This document shows, piece by piece, positions 37,499 through 48,300 of a DNA stretch of 64,000 nt. This stretch comes from Smithella sp. (GTDB lineage Bacteria; Desulfobacterota; Syntrophia; Syntrophales; Smithellaceae). The translations under genes and the position numbers were made by a program. The notes beneath the pieces were generated by a model, which was not told the DNA's origin, made no database searches, and worked only from the letters and a program-made list of their open reading frames with translations. Location of the stretch: positions 8,337 through 72,336 of the forward strand of contig JBKQWB010000050.1 of NCBI GenBank assembly GCA_052139735.1, given 5' to 3'. The number at the start of each line of letters is the position of its first letter. Within the stretch, counting starts at the first letter, position 1.

Positions 37499-38218
37499 TT
37501 ATTTCCCCTTTTCTGCCGGAGCAGCTGTTGCACCGGTTTTTGCTGTTGCACCGGTTTTTGCCGAAGCACCGGTTTTTGCCGAAGCATCGGCTTCCGTTGC
37601 AGCGCCTTCTTCAGCAGCAGCTTCTTCTTTTACAGGTTCCTCAACTTTAGCAACTTTAATTACAGCAACCGCTGCAACCGAAGTATCCGGCCTGTCTAAA
37701 AGTGTTATTTCTTCGGCGACTTTCAAATCTCTGATTCTTATAGAATCACCGATTTGGAGACTGGCTACGTCCACATCAATATGATCCGGAAGATTTAAGG
37801 GCAGACAGGAAATTTTTACTTCTCGTCTTAAATGCTGCAATTCACCTCCGAATTCCACACCAACAGCCTTACCGACAAAACGCAGGGGCACATCAATGGT
37901 GAGCTTACGCTTCACGTCCACTTCATAAAAATCAGCATGGTAAAGCATGCCTGTTAAAGGCTGGACCTGCAACTCTCTAATTAACGAGAGCTTTTCCATC
38001 TTTTTATCGCCGCCATCATCAATAATCAATTTAATAAAGGCATGATCTTTTTTATCTTTGCGCAGTTTGACCAGCGCATCATTTTTTACTGCCAATAAAA
38101 TATTTTCGGCAGAGCGGCCATAAAAAATCGCCGGAACAAATCCCTTTTGCCGCAAACGGCGAGATGGTCCTTTCTTTTGTTCTTTACGGACTTGAGCCGT
38201 TAAATCTGTTACCTCCAT
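37499..38218 (-). CDS. rplY: 50S ribosomal protein L25 / general stress protein Ctc, with a low-complexity C-terminal tail
   Basis: 239 aa. GFVPAIFYG and the Ctc fold order; conserved pth-rplY-prs neighbourhood. Confidence 0.9.
   Translation of the reverse strand: MEVTDLTAQVRKEQKKGPSRRLRQKGFVPAIFYGRSAENILLAVKNDALVKLRKDKKDHAFIKLIIDDGGDKKMEKLSLIRELQVQPLTGMLYHADFYEVDVKRKLTIDVPLRFVGKAVGVEFGGELQHLRREVKISCLPLNLPDHIDVDVASLQIGDSIRIRDLKVAEEITLLDRPDTSVAAVAVIKVAKVEEPVKEEAAAEEGAATEADASAKTGASAKTGATAKTGATAAPAEKGK
37525..37596. repeat. 18-bp tandem repeat, about 4 copies, encoding the (A/S)AKTGA(T/S) tail of L25
   Basis: The repeat units are CTGTTGCACCGGTTTTTG (two copies), CCGAAGCACCGGTTTTTG, and the degenerate CCGAAGCATCGGCTTCCG. 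Confidence 0.9.
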
Positions 38219-38227
38219 TTGTTCCTC

Positions 38228-39169
38228 CTATATAAATAATGAGCTTACGGAATCGTCGTAATAAATTCGGCGCACGGCTTCGCTTAAAATTCCGGACACC
38301 GACAAAACCTTTATTTTTCCACAATTCTTTGCCCGATCGTTAAGCGGTATGGTATCGGTCACAAGGACTTCTTTAATCTCGGACTTTTCAATGCGCTCGA
38401 GGGCCGGCCCGGATAAGACGGGATGCGTGCAGCAGACAGCCACTTCCAAAGCGCCGGCTGCCTTCATGGCGCTGGCAGCCTGCACAACTGTGCCGGCTGT
38501 ATCAACCATGTCATCCAGAATAATAACTTTCTTGCCTTCCACGTTGCCGATGATATTCATCACTTCAGCTTCGTTCGGCCCTTCCCTTCTTTTATCAATA
38601 ATAGCCAGAGACGCTCCCAGCCTTTTTCCGAAGGCTCTGGCGCGCTCCACACCACCGGTATCTGGCGATACAACCACCGTATTGTCCTGATAATTTTTTT
38701 TCATGTAATCAATCAAAACCGGCGTGGCAAAGAGATTATCCACAGGGATGTTGAAGAAACCCTGAATCTGACCGGCATGCAAATCCATGGATAAAAGACG
38801 TTGGGCGCCGGCGGTGGTAATAAGATCAGCCACTAATTTTGCCGAAATAGGCGCGCGGGGAGCAACTTTCCGATCTTGTCTGGCATATCCGTAATAAGGA
38901 ACAACCGCCGTGATACGGTATGCCGAAGCCCTTTTCATGGCATCAATCATAATGAGCAATTCCATCAACGTCACATTCACAGGCGGACAAGTAGACTGTA
39001 TGATGAAAACATCCATTCCCCGGACATTTTCATTAATTTCGACACGTGTTTCTCCGTCACTGAAGGTGGTGACGCTCGCCTTTCCTATCGAAACGCCCAG
39101 TTTGTCACATATTTTCTTAGCCAGTGCGATGTTGGCATTACCGGAAAAAACCCTGATTCTTTCTAACAT
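38228..39169 (-). CDS. prs: Ribose-phosphate pyrophosphokinase
   Basis: 313 aa. [12 protein letters not shown] and [13 protein letters not shown]-binding motifs. Confidence 0.95.
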   Translation of the reverse strand: MLERIRVFSGNANIALAKKICDKLGVSIGKASVTTFSDGETRVEINENVRGMDVFIIQSTCPPVNVTLMELLIMIDAMKRASAYRITAVVPYYGYARQDRKVAPRAPISAKLVADLITTAGAQRLLSMDLHAGQIQGFFNIPVDNLFATPVLIDYMKKNYQDNTVVVSPDTGGVERARAFGKRLGASLAIIDKRREGPNEAEVMNIIGNVEGKKVIILDDMVDTAGTVVQAASAMKAAGALEVAVCCTHPVLSGPALERIEKSEIKEVLVTDTIPLNDRAKNCGKIKVLSVSGILSEAVRRIYYDDSVSSLFI

Positions 39170-39194
39170 TTAAGCAATTCTCCACAATCTATTC

Positions 39195-39269
39195 TGGCTG
39201 GGGCGGGAGGGTTCGAACCTCCGAATGCAGGAATCAAAGTCCTGTGTCTTACCACTTGACGACGCCCCA
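39195..39269 (-). tRNA. tRNA-Gln (anticodon UUG)
   Basis: The reverse complement TGGGGCGTCGTCAAGTGGTAAGACACAGGACTTTGATTCCTGCATTCGGAGGTTCGAACCCTCCCGCCCCAGCCA folds as a cloverleaf with anticodon loop CTTTGAT. Confidence 0.95.
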
Positions 39270-39327
39270 ATAAACATATTTAATGAAGGGTATCATTCAC
39301 AATCTTAGTAGTCGGAAGATTCAATAA

Positions 39328-40176
39328 TTACAAAGAGTTGGCGAGAAAGACCTTGCATTGACCGGAAACTTCTTTCCGTATAACTTCCAGGTTTTTTTCC
39401 GCCTCTTTTCCGTTGCCAAATATACCAAAGACTGTTGGTCCGCTACCCGACATCAATGCGCCAAGCGCACCTTGTCTGAGCAACATTTTCTTTAGATCAG
39501 CCAATTCGGGGTGAATTTCCAACGAAACTGACTCCAAGTCATTATGCAATCCCTGAACTATGTCGCCCAGTACCAAAAACCGCGGAATGCTATAATTATT
39601 TTTCACCCTTGTCAATCTTAAATTGAGGTTTTCATAAACCATTTTTGTCGAAAGTTCAAAGTTTGGCTTAACTAAGATTAAATTTAATGGAGGTAAATTT
39701 CGTAAGTGTTTGAGTTTATCGCCTATTCCTGAAGCCAGGGCCGTATTTCCAAAAATAAAAAAGGGGACATCCGCCCCTATTTTTGCTCCGAGATTAATCA
39801 GTTCATCTTTTTTTAATTTCAGAGCGCATATTTTATTTAAAGCCATTAAAGTTGTCGCCGCGTTGGAACTTCCCCCTCCCAGACCGGCGGTCATTGGTAT
39901 TTTTTTAATAAGGTTGATTTCCATTCCATAAGGATAATTACAGTAAGAAAAAATGGCCTTAGCGGCGCGCACTACCAGATTATCATCGTTTGTTGGCAAA
40001 TTAGTCCCGGAACAATTAAGAACAATGCCCTTCGGGCGGGGATAAAAAATCAACTCATCATAAAGCGTGATTTTTTGCATGAGGGAAAAAATGTCGTGGT
40101 AGCCGTCGGCACGTTTCCGCAATACACGCAAGAAAAGATTTATTTTAGCCGGCGCCATCCAGAGCATTTTATGCAT
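39328..40176 (-). CDS. ispE: 4-diphosphocytidyl-2-C-methyl-D-erythritol kinase
   Basis: 282 aa. APAKINLFLRVLRKRADGYHDI and GLGGGSSNAA (GHMP kinase) motifs. Confidence 0.9.
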   Translation of the reverse strand: MHKMLWMAPAKINLFLRVLRKRADGYHDIFSLMQKITLYDELIFYPRPKGIVLNCSGTNLPTNDDNLVVRAAKAIFSYCNYPYGMEINLIKKIPMTAGLGGGSSNAATTLMALNKICALKLKKDELINLGAKIGADVPFFIFGNTALASGIGDKLKHLRNLPPLNLILVKPNFELSTKMVYENLNLRLTRVKNNYSIPRFLVLGDIVQGLHNDLESVSLEIHPELADLKKMLLRQGALGALMSGSGPTVFGIFGNGKEAEKNLEVIRKEVSGQCKVFLANSL

Positions 40177-40576
40177 TTTCTTTAACGTAACGCATTTTCA
40201 GTTCGTAGAGAACTCCTTGAATTAAATTATTTTCATTCTTGTCGAGGTTTCCTTTGGTCTTTTCATTGAGCATATCAAGAATATCGATAGTCTGCTTCGC
40301 CGCGGGTAAATTTTTTTGTGTTTCTCCACCTTCGGAATCCGGAAAATCTCCGAAATGAAAAAGAGCGGATGTGCTCAAAGACAAAACAAAATTAGTAAAA
40401 TTTACAGGAGGATAATCATTTGCGCGATCCTGTGTTTGCCCGGGCTTTTCCGGATTTTCTCTTTTTTCTTCCGCAGCGGCGCTTTTAGGTTCCTCTTGCG
40501 GCCGGTCTTCAGCCGAATCTCCAAAAAGACGCTTGTCTTTAACGACAAATCCAGAGTCTTTTTTCTTTTCTTCCAT
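40169..40576 (-). CDS. DUF1844-like small acidic protein
   Basis: 135 aa. FTNFVLSLSTSALFHFGDFPD...AKQTIDILDMLNEKTKGNL resembles DUF1844. It overlaps the ispE start by 8 nt. Confidence 0.55.
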   Translation of the reverse strand: MEEKKKDSGFVVKDKRLFGDSAEDRPQEEPKSAAAEEKRENPEKPGQTQDRANDYPPVNFTNFVLSLSTSALFHFGDFPDSEGGETQKNLPAAKQTIDILDMLNEKTKGNLDKNENNLIQGVLYELKMRYVKENA

Positions 40577-40668
40577 TTATGTTTTCCTCCCCTTACTACG
40601 TTAAAGTAAGATCCGTAAGTGTAAAATTTATGATGATGGGGGTATTTCAACAACCCCATGATGACTAT

Positions 40669-43260
40669 TTACGATTTTTTAGTTAAACTTATTTCGCCTT
40701 TTTTGGACAGATCAATTAAGATTTTATCTCCTTCAGCAAAAACACCTTCCAGAATTTCCATTGCCAGAGGATCCAGAATAAGTTTCTGCAGTGTGCGCTT
40801 GAGCGGCCGCGCTCCGTAAACCGGGCTGTAACCCTGTTCGGCTATATATTTTTTCGCCTTATCTGTCAATTCGATGCTAAGTTTACGCTCACCGAGCCGT
40901 TTATCAATCAGACGCATCTGAATATCAACGATCTCATGGATATCTTCCAACTTCAGCGCAGAGAACATAATAATGTCATCTATTCTGTTTAAAAATTCCG
41001 GTTTGAATGTCGCCCGCAGCGCTTCCATCGAACGGTTCTTTTTATCCTCATCATCGAGCGACTGATCCTGAATCCACTGACTGCCCACGTTGGACGTCAT
41101 GATTGCCACGGTATTCTTGAAATCCACGGTCCGGCCATGTCCGTCGGTCAAGCGCCCGTCATCAAGTATCTGCAATAAAATATTGAATACATCGGGATGA
41201 GCTTTTTCAATTTCATCGAAAAGCAATACACTATATGGCTTGCGCCGGACGGATTCGGTAAGGTAACCGCCTTCGTCATAGCCGACATAGCCGGGCGGAG
41301 CGCCGATCAGACGCGCCACCGCGTGTTTCTCCATGTATTCCGACATATCGATGCGGATCATGGCCTGCTCACTGTCAAACATGAATTCCGCCAAAGCTCT
41401 GGCCAGTTCGGTCTTGCCCACGCCTGTCGGCCCTAAGAAAATAAACGATCCAATGGGACGATTCGGGTCCTGTAAGCCGGAGCGCGCCCGGCGCAAGGCG
41501 GCGGAAACCGCTCCAATACCTTCCTCCTGGCCGATAACACGCATTTTGAGCCTTTCTTCCATATGAATCAGCTTCTGCACGTCACTTTCCATCATCCGGG
41601 AAAGCGGTATTCCTGTCCAGTTGGAAACAACTTCGGCCACGTCTTCGGCGTCCACTTCTTCCTTGAGCATTTGTTTGTTCTTCTGGATTTCCAGAAGCTT
41701 TGATTGATCTTCTTGTAACTTTTTATCTAAAGCCACAATTTTCCCATAGCGAATCTCTGCGACCTTCGCGAGATTTCCCTCGCGCTGGGCGCTTGCCTCT
41801 TCTGTTTTTAAAGCGTCAACCTGACTTTTAATGTTTTGAATTTTTTTGATGATATCTTTTTCAGCTGACCAGTGCACCTTCATCTGATCCATACTGGATT
41901 TCAACTCTGTCAGTTCCTTTTCAATTTTGTCGCGCCTTTCCTTGGCGGTTTTATCCGTTTCTTTTTTTAACGACTGCCGCTCTATTTCCAGTTGAATGAT
42001 TTTCCGGTCAATAACATCAATTTCCGAAGGCATGCTGTCCAGTTCTATTCTTAAACGGGATGCCGCCTCGTCAATAAGATCTATGGCTTTATCCGGCAGG
42101 AAACGATCGGCTATATACCGGTGTGAAAGCGTCGCTGCGGCTATGATGGCCGAATCCTTGATTCGCACCCCGTGATGCACTTCGTAACGTTCTTTTAGCC
42201 CGCGAAGTATCGCAATAGTATCTTCCACCGTCGGTTCTTTTACAAAAACAGGCTGGAAACGCCGCTCCAGCGCCGCGTCTTTTTCTATGTATTTACGATA
42301 TTCGTTGAGCGTTGTCGCGCCCACACAGCGCAATTCGCCACGCGCCAGAGCAGGCTTGAGCATGTTGGAGGCGTCCATCGACCCTTCCGCCGCGCCCGCT
42401 CCGACAACGGTATGAATTTCATCGATGAAGAGAATGATTTCGCCTGCGGAACTGATGACTTCTTTTAAAACAGCTTTCAGGCGCTCTTCAAATTCACCGC
42501 GGTATTTCGCCCCCGCGATCAAAGCGCCGACATCCAGACCAATCACGCGTTTATTTTTGAGACTTTCCGGCACGTCACCGTTGACGATGCGCTGCGCCAG
42601 ACCTTCTACAATGGCCGTTTTACCAACGCCAGGTTCGCCGATGAGCACCGGATTGTTCTTTGTGCGTCTTGACAGCACCTGCATGATGCGGCGGATTTCT
42701 TCGTCCCGTCCTATGACAGGATCAAAGGAGCCTTTCTTGGCCAGTTCATTGAAATTTCTGGCATAGCGTTCGAGGGCCTGGTATTTGCCTTCCGGATTCG
42801 GATCGGTCACACGCTGATTTCCGCGGATATCCACCAGCACCTTAAAAATATTTTCTTTGGTGATGCCCGCCTGGCGCAGGATTTTACCCGCATGACCTTC
42901 TTTTTCCTCCGCAATGGCAATAAGCACATGCTCGGCGCTGACGTATTCGTCTTTGAGCTGCGCCGCTTCAGTTTGCGCCTTATCGAATATCTTATTCAAA
43001 CGCGCGGACATATACGTCTGGTCAACGCCCGCGCCGTGAACGCTGGGCTGCTTTTTCAGATGATTAGAGAGTTCCTGTTCAATCTTCTGGGGCGAAGCGT
43101 TCAATTTATTGATGATGGCGCTGGCGATGCTCTCTTCCTGCCTCAAGAAACAAACAAGAAGATGTTCCGGTTCGATGGATTGATGACCAAGAGAACCGCA
43201 AAGCGACTGCGCTTCCTGGATCGCTTCCTGGACTTTCAAAGTAAATTTGTCAAAACGCAT
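40669..43260 (-). CDS. clpB: ATP-dependent chaperone ClpB
   Basis: 863 aa. Two AAA+ modules ([16 protein letters not shown]) and a long middle coiled coil. Confidence 0.97.
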   Translation of the reverse strand: MRFDKFTLKVQEAIQEAQSLCGSLGHQSIEPEHLLVCFLRQEESIASAIINKLNASPQKIEQELSNHLKKQPSVHGAGVDQTYMSARLNKIFDKAQTEAAQLKDEYVSAEHVLIAIAEEKEGHAGKILRQAGITKENIFKVLVDIRGNQRVTDPNPEGKYQALERYARNFNELAKKGSFDPVIGRDEEIRRIMQVLSRRTKNNPVLIGEPGVGKTAIVEGLAQRIVNGDVPESLKNKRVIGLDVGALIAGAKYRGEFEERLKAVLKEVISSAGEIILFIDEIHTVVGAGAAEGSMDASNMLKPALARGELRCVGATTLNEYRKYIEKDAALERRFQPVFVKEPTVEDTIAILRGLKERYEVHHGVRIKDSAIIAAATLSHRYIADRFLPDKAIDLIDEAASRLRIELDSMPSEIDVIDRKIIQLEIERQSLKKETDKTAKERRDKIEKELTELKSSMDQMKVHWSAEKDIIKKIQNIKSQVDALKTEEASAQREGNLAKVAEIRYGKIVALDKKLQEDQSKLLEIQKNKQMLKEEVDAEDVAEVVSNWTGIPLSRMMESDVQKLIHMEERLKMRVIGQEEGIGAVSAALRRARSGLQDPNRPIGSFIFLGPTGVGKTELARALAEFMFDSEQAMIRIDMSEYMEKHAVARLIGAPPGYVGYDEGGYLTESVRRKPYSVLLFDEIEKAHPDVFNILLQILDDGRLTDGHGRTVDFKNTVAIMTSNVGSQWIQDQSLDDEDKKNRSMEALRATFKPEFLNRIDDIIMFSALKLEDIHEIVDIQMRLIDKRLGERKLSIELTDKAKKYIAEQGYSPVYGARPLKRTLQKLILDPLAMEILEGVFAEGDKILIDLSKKGEISLTKKS

Positions 43261-43272
43261 ATTCTATTTCCT

Positions 43273-44154
43273 TTATTCCACCGGTTTTTCAATGGTCACA
43301 AACAGTTTACCGTTTTTAAAAACAGTCACATTGCCTGAAGATTCGGAAACGACTATGGCGACAGCTTTCGTTACGCTGGTGATACCGGCAGCGGCAATAT
43401 GGCGGCTCCCCAGACCGGGAGGAAAATCACGGCTGCCGAGGGCTGCGCTAAGATGTCTTCCGGCGGTTACCAGCACACCGTTTTCTTTGATGATAAAGGC
43501 GCCGTCGATAGCGGAGAACTCTTTTATGGTTTCTTCCAGTTCCGGATTTAGAATATTGAGCTTATCTTCCGTATATCCTAAAAACGGGTTGATAATCATT
43601 TGCCGGGAAAGTTGCATGACTTTCTCATCATCTCCCAGAACAAATATAGTGCCAATTTTTTTGTTTTCCCTCCCCTGAGCAGCCAGTTCGCAGGCAATAT
43701 TTAAAGCCGCGTTGAAAACTTCCGGCCGGACATTTTCAATGACATCATTGATGAAATCAGATGTTAAAATTTCAAATTCTTTTCCTACATCAATAACAAT
43801 AATGCTGTCGGCGTAACCAAATCTGGGCACTCCGCTTAAGCATACGACCTTATCCCCTCTTTTAAAAGTGCCCAAAACTATTCCCTGGGCAATAGCAATT
43901 TTAATCTTTCCCACCCTGGTTAAATTTACATTGGGAATGTATAATATTTGAGCATCTTTCTTTATCTCGTCAGGGATGTTTTCATTCTCGCGGCAAACAA
44001 CTATTAAGTTGATATCTTTTTTTATTTCATTCGACGCAACGGTCATATCGTTTATTACATCTATTACATCAACGCAGACAAGCAGCGCGTCGGCTTTTAT
44101 GTCATGAGCAATTTTGACAGCATGTTCAATCATCGTTTTATTTATTGATTTCAT
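43273..44154 (-). CDS. Diadenylate cyclase (DAC/DisA_N domain) with an N-terminal pyruvate-kinase-C-terminal-like domain
   Basis: 293 aa. DAC motifs IDGAFII and GSRHIAAAGITSVTKAVAIVVSESSGNVTVF. The N-terminal half (AVKIAHDIKADALLVCV...) looks PK_C-like (tentative). It ends 12 nt before clpB. Confidence 0.75.
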   Translation of the reverse strand: MKSINKTMIEHAVKIAHDIKADALLVCVDVIDVINDMTVASNEIKKDINLIVVCRENENIPDEIKKDAQILYIPNVNLTRVGKIKIAIAQGIVLGTFKRGDKVVCLSGVPRFGYADSIIVIDVGKEFEILTSDFINDVIENVRPEVFNAALNIACELAAQGRENKKIGTIFVLGDDEKVMQLSRQMIINPFLGYTEDKLNILNPELEETIKEFSAIDGAFIIKENGVLVTAGRHLSAALGSRDFPPGLGSRHIAAAGITSVTKAVAIVVSESSGNVTVFKNGKLFVTIEKPVE

Positions 44155-44296
44155 TTAATTGCCTTAAATCTTATTTTATTGTACTTTAAACATCAAAACT
44201 TTCCATGTCAAGGATTGGTAATAATAAATTATCTTGACCGGAAAATTATTGTTGGATAAAAGTTAAAGCGTACAAATCAATAGAGAGGCCTGATCT

Positions 44297-45142
44297 TTGG
44301 AACTACCCGTAATAACCGGTACCCTTAATTTATATATAGCTGAAATTAATCGCTTTTCTCTCTTGACGGCGGAAGAGGAATTCAAGCTGGCGGTGCGTTT
44401 AAAAAAGTATAACGATGTGGCGGCAGCCGAAAAGCTGATAGTTTCCAATTTGCGTTTTGTAGTCAAGATTGCTCATGAATACCGCAACTATGGCTTTAAA
44501 CTGTCTGATTTAATTCAAGAAGGTAATATTGGTCTTATTCACGCCGTAAAAAAATTTGATCCTTACAAAGGTTACAGATTAATTTCTTACGCGGTCTGGT
44601 GGATTCGAGCTTACATTCAAAATTATCTCATGAAGTCATGGAGTATTGTCAAAATAGGCACGACACAAGCTCAGCGAAAACTATTTTTCAAATTAAATCA
44701 GACCAGAAAAGAACTGGAAAGCATGTCAAAGAAAAACCCGGAATTCAGCGAAATCGCCACCTCTCTGGGGGTTAAGAATTCCGAGGTAGAAGAAATGGAT
44801 TTGCGCATGGGTTCGCGGGATGTTTCTCTGAATGAAATTATCAATGACGAAAGCAGTGACTCGCATATAGATTTTCTGGCTTACGAAGGTGATGATCAAG
44901 AGGTGTCTTTAATTAAAGAAGAAGAAAAGAGTCTGGTCCAGCGTGACATAGCCGGAGCGCTGGCTAATCTCAATGAAAGGGAAAGTTACATTATTCTTAA
45001 TCGCGTAATGGCGGATGATCCCAAAACGCTGCAGGAGATAGGAAGTAAATATAACATTTCGCGGGAACGAGCCCGTCAAATTGAAAAACAGGCCTTGAAA
45101 AAAATGCAACTGGCCCTGCCGTATTTTAAATCCGATAAATAA
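44297..45142 (+). CDS. rpoH: RNA polymerase sigma-32 (heat-shock sigma factor)
   Basis: 281 aa. RpoH box QAQRKLFFKLNQ, plus region 2 (LIQEGNIGLIHAVKKFD) and region 4.2 (ISRERARQIE). Confidence 0.9.
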   Translation: MELPVITGTLNLYIAEINRFSLLTAEEEFKLAVRLKKYNDVAAAEKLIVSNLRFVVKIAHEYRNYGFKLSDLIQEGNIGLIHAVKKFDPYKGYRLISYAVWWIRAYIQNYLMKSWSIVKIGTTQAQRKLFFKLNQTRKELESMSKKNPEFSEIATSLGVKNSEVEEMDLRMGSRDVSLNEIINDESSDSHIDFLAYEGDDQEVSLIKEEEKSLVQRDIAGALANLNERESYIILNRVMADDPKTLQEIGSKYNISRERARQIEKQALKKMQLALPYFKSDK

Positions 45143-45218
45143 CCAATCATTCCTTAAGTGAAAACAGGGGGAGAAGCACCTGCCCCGAATTTCTAAATAT
45201 TTATTATTATTTAATCTA

Positions 45219-45247
45219 TTGAAATTTTTACATAAAACTGGTAAAAT
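45219..45247 (+). promoter_or_regulatory. Putative sigma70-like promoter (TTGAAA-N17-TAAAAT) upstream of the glucan synthase gene
   Basis: Read directly; about 145 nt upstream of the TTG start. Confidence 0.4.
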
Positions 45248-45391
45248 TCTAACTTAAATTCGACAGATGTGTTTTCCGTGAAAATTAGTGATGTTCACCA
45301 ATTAATGCTTGCCTTTCATTGCTAAAGAAACTTTTTCGCAAAACGAAAATATTTAATAGCCCTTCAATCATCGTCATATGGAGCATGAAAT

Positions 45392-48300
45392 TTGAAAGCG
45401 AGCAGGATCATTTTCAATTATCTAAATAATTTAAAGACGCAACTTCCGGACGTAAATTTGCCGAAAAAATTAACGGAAGACAAATTGCTGCGATCGGAAT
45501 TGTTCAGTTCCAAGCAGATGCGGCAGCACGGCAGGACTATAGCAGGCGCGCACAAGCTGGGCAGCGGCCGCACCTCAAACCAACTGCTGAAAAGATTAAC
45601 GGATAATGAAGATGTCCTGTTTCAGGTCCGGAACATCCAGACGAATGCCATTAAGGACAATCTCAGTATCACACCGGCGGAAGAATGGTTTCTGGATAAT
45701 TTTTACCTGATCGAAGAACAGATTCGCATAGCCAGAAAGCATTTGCCCAAAGTTTACAGCAGGGAACTGCCTCATCTGGCTAACGGCCCATCTGAGAATC
45801 TCCCTCGGGTATATGACATAGCACTGGAAATGATATCCCACGGTGACGGCCGTGTCGATTCAAAGACAATCAGTTTGTTTGTCTCCTCTTACCAGACGGT
45901 TAATATGCTTAAAATGGGCGAATTATGGGCCATTCCCATTATGTTGCGTCTGGCGTTGATAGAAAATATCAGACGCATAGCAGTCCGGATATCCAAAGAC
46001 AGAGCCAGTCGCAATCTTGCCGATTACTGGGCAGGCAAAATGACAGCTACCGCCCATAAGGATCCCAAAAACCTGTTTTTGGAAATCGCGGATATGGTGA
46101 GATCAGACCCGCCGATAGTGGGAGCTTTTGTCGCGGAAATTTCACGTCAATTGCAGGGACAGGGGCCGGCTCTGGTATTGCCCCTCACGTGGATTGAACA
46201 GCGTCTCTCCGAATACGGTCAGACAATCAAGACATTTGTAAATCTGGAAAGTCAACAACAGGCCTCCGATCAGGTTTCCATAAGCAATAGTATTACCAGC
46301 CTTCGTTTCCTGGGAACGATGAACTGGCGCGAATTCGTCGAGACCATGAGCGAGGCGGATCAAATCCTGCGCGGGGATCCCGGCGATATTTATGTCAAAA
46401 TGGATTTTTCCACCCGCGACCGTTACCGCCACGTAATAGAAAAGATCGCCAGGAAAAGTAATTTATCCGAAAGTGAAGTAGCGCGCATGGCGATTGACCT
46501 CGCCAAAAATGGCGTTAATAACCGGACGGCGCATGTGGGTTATTACCTTATTGACGAGGGATTATCCGAACTGGAGAGTCTGTCTAAAGTGCGCTTATCG
46601 CCATTTGAAATTATACAACGGTTAAGTCACAGAATCCCTTTATTGCTGTATATCGGCTCTATCACCCTATTGACGGTTATATTTACAATTATTTTACTGG
46701 CCAAGGCACATACCGATGGTCTGCACAGTTGGCCATTGGTCATTATCGGATTTCTTTTCCTTCTGGGCACGAGCCATCTGGCGGTAGCTCTGGTTAATTG
46801 GATATCAACTTTGCTCGTTTCACCGCATCCCTTGCCCAGAATGGATTTTTCCCGCGGCATCCCGCCTGAATGCCGCACCCTTGTCGCGATTCCGACAATG
46901 CTCACAAGCCCGCAAGGCATCGCCAACCTGATCGAATCTGTGGAAATTCAATTTCTGGGCAATCAGGACACTAATCTGCGTTTCGCCATACTGACAGATT
47001 TTAGCGACGCGAGGGCACAAACGATGCCGGATGATGAACAACTGTTGAATCTGGCTAATAAAGGAATCGATACATTAAATGAAAAATACAGAAGTTCGAA
47101 AGGCGACATTTTTTTCTTGTTTCATCGCCCGCGCCTCTTCAACCCGGAAGAAAATATCTGGATGGGTTATGAGCGCAAAAGGGGGAAACTGGCGGACCTG
47201 AATGCATTTTTGCGCGGCAGAACCAAAGATTCTTCGGGAAATCTCTTTTTGCGAGTTGCAGGTGATACGGCAGAATTAAGAAATGTGAAATATGTGATCA
47301 CTCTGGATACAGACACAAAAATGCCGCGTGATGCGGCATGGCAATTTGTGGGAACTATAGCACACCCGCTGAACCGCGCGCAATATGATGAAAAAAATAA
47401 ATGCGTCAGCCAAGGATACGGCATCCTGCAGCCAAGGGTTTCCGTAAGTCTTCCCAATATGAATCGTTCGTTCTATTCGGCCATGTATGAAAACAATTCA
47501 GGAATTGATCCATATACTAAAGCAGTTTCCGATGTTTATCAGGACATATTCGGTGAAGGATCTTTTATCGGCAAAGGCATATATGATATCGACGCATTCG
47601 AGGCTGCTCTTAACGGATATCTTCCCGAAAATAAAATACTAAGCCATGATCTTATTGAAGGATGTCACGCCCGTTCGGGATTGATAAGCGATGCGCATCT
47701 CTATGAGGAATATCCGCTAAACTATAGAGCCGACGTAAGCCGAAGACATCGCTGGATTCGCGGAGACTGGCAGATCGCAACATGGATCAGGCAGACGGTG
47801 CCCACTTTTGACGGAAGCACCAGAAATAACCCCTTGTCAATGCTCTCCCAATGGAAGATCTTTGACAATCTGCGTAGAAGCCTTACATCGCCGGCTTTGA
47901 CTCTTATGATTTTACTGGGATGGACATTATTTCCTTCGGCCTGGTTCTGGACTCTGGCTGTACTGGGAATCATTCTTCTTCCCGTTCTTATTATGTCCGC
48001 CATTAGCTTTTTTCAGAAACCGCGCAACGTCATATGGTCACGTCATCTGACTTCTGCCGCGAATAAAGCCGGCAACAATATTATTCAAACCGTATTTGCG
48101 CTTATCTGTCTGCCGCATGAAGCCTTTTTCCATACTGATGCGATTGCCCGCACGCTCTGGCGGATGCTGATCACGCATAAACGGCTTCTCGAATGGAATC
48201 CATCGGAAAACACGAATAATCATCAACGCAATGAAATTACAGTGTACTGCAAAATCATGTGGTTTGCCCCGTTTTTTGCTATTGCCGCTTCAATGGCCAT

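Noticed and set aside
37390-37699. Plus-strand ORFs with HRFLPK- and GFCRS-type repeats
   Set aside because: They are antisense translations of the 18-bp tandem repeat in the L25 tail.
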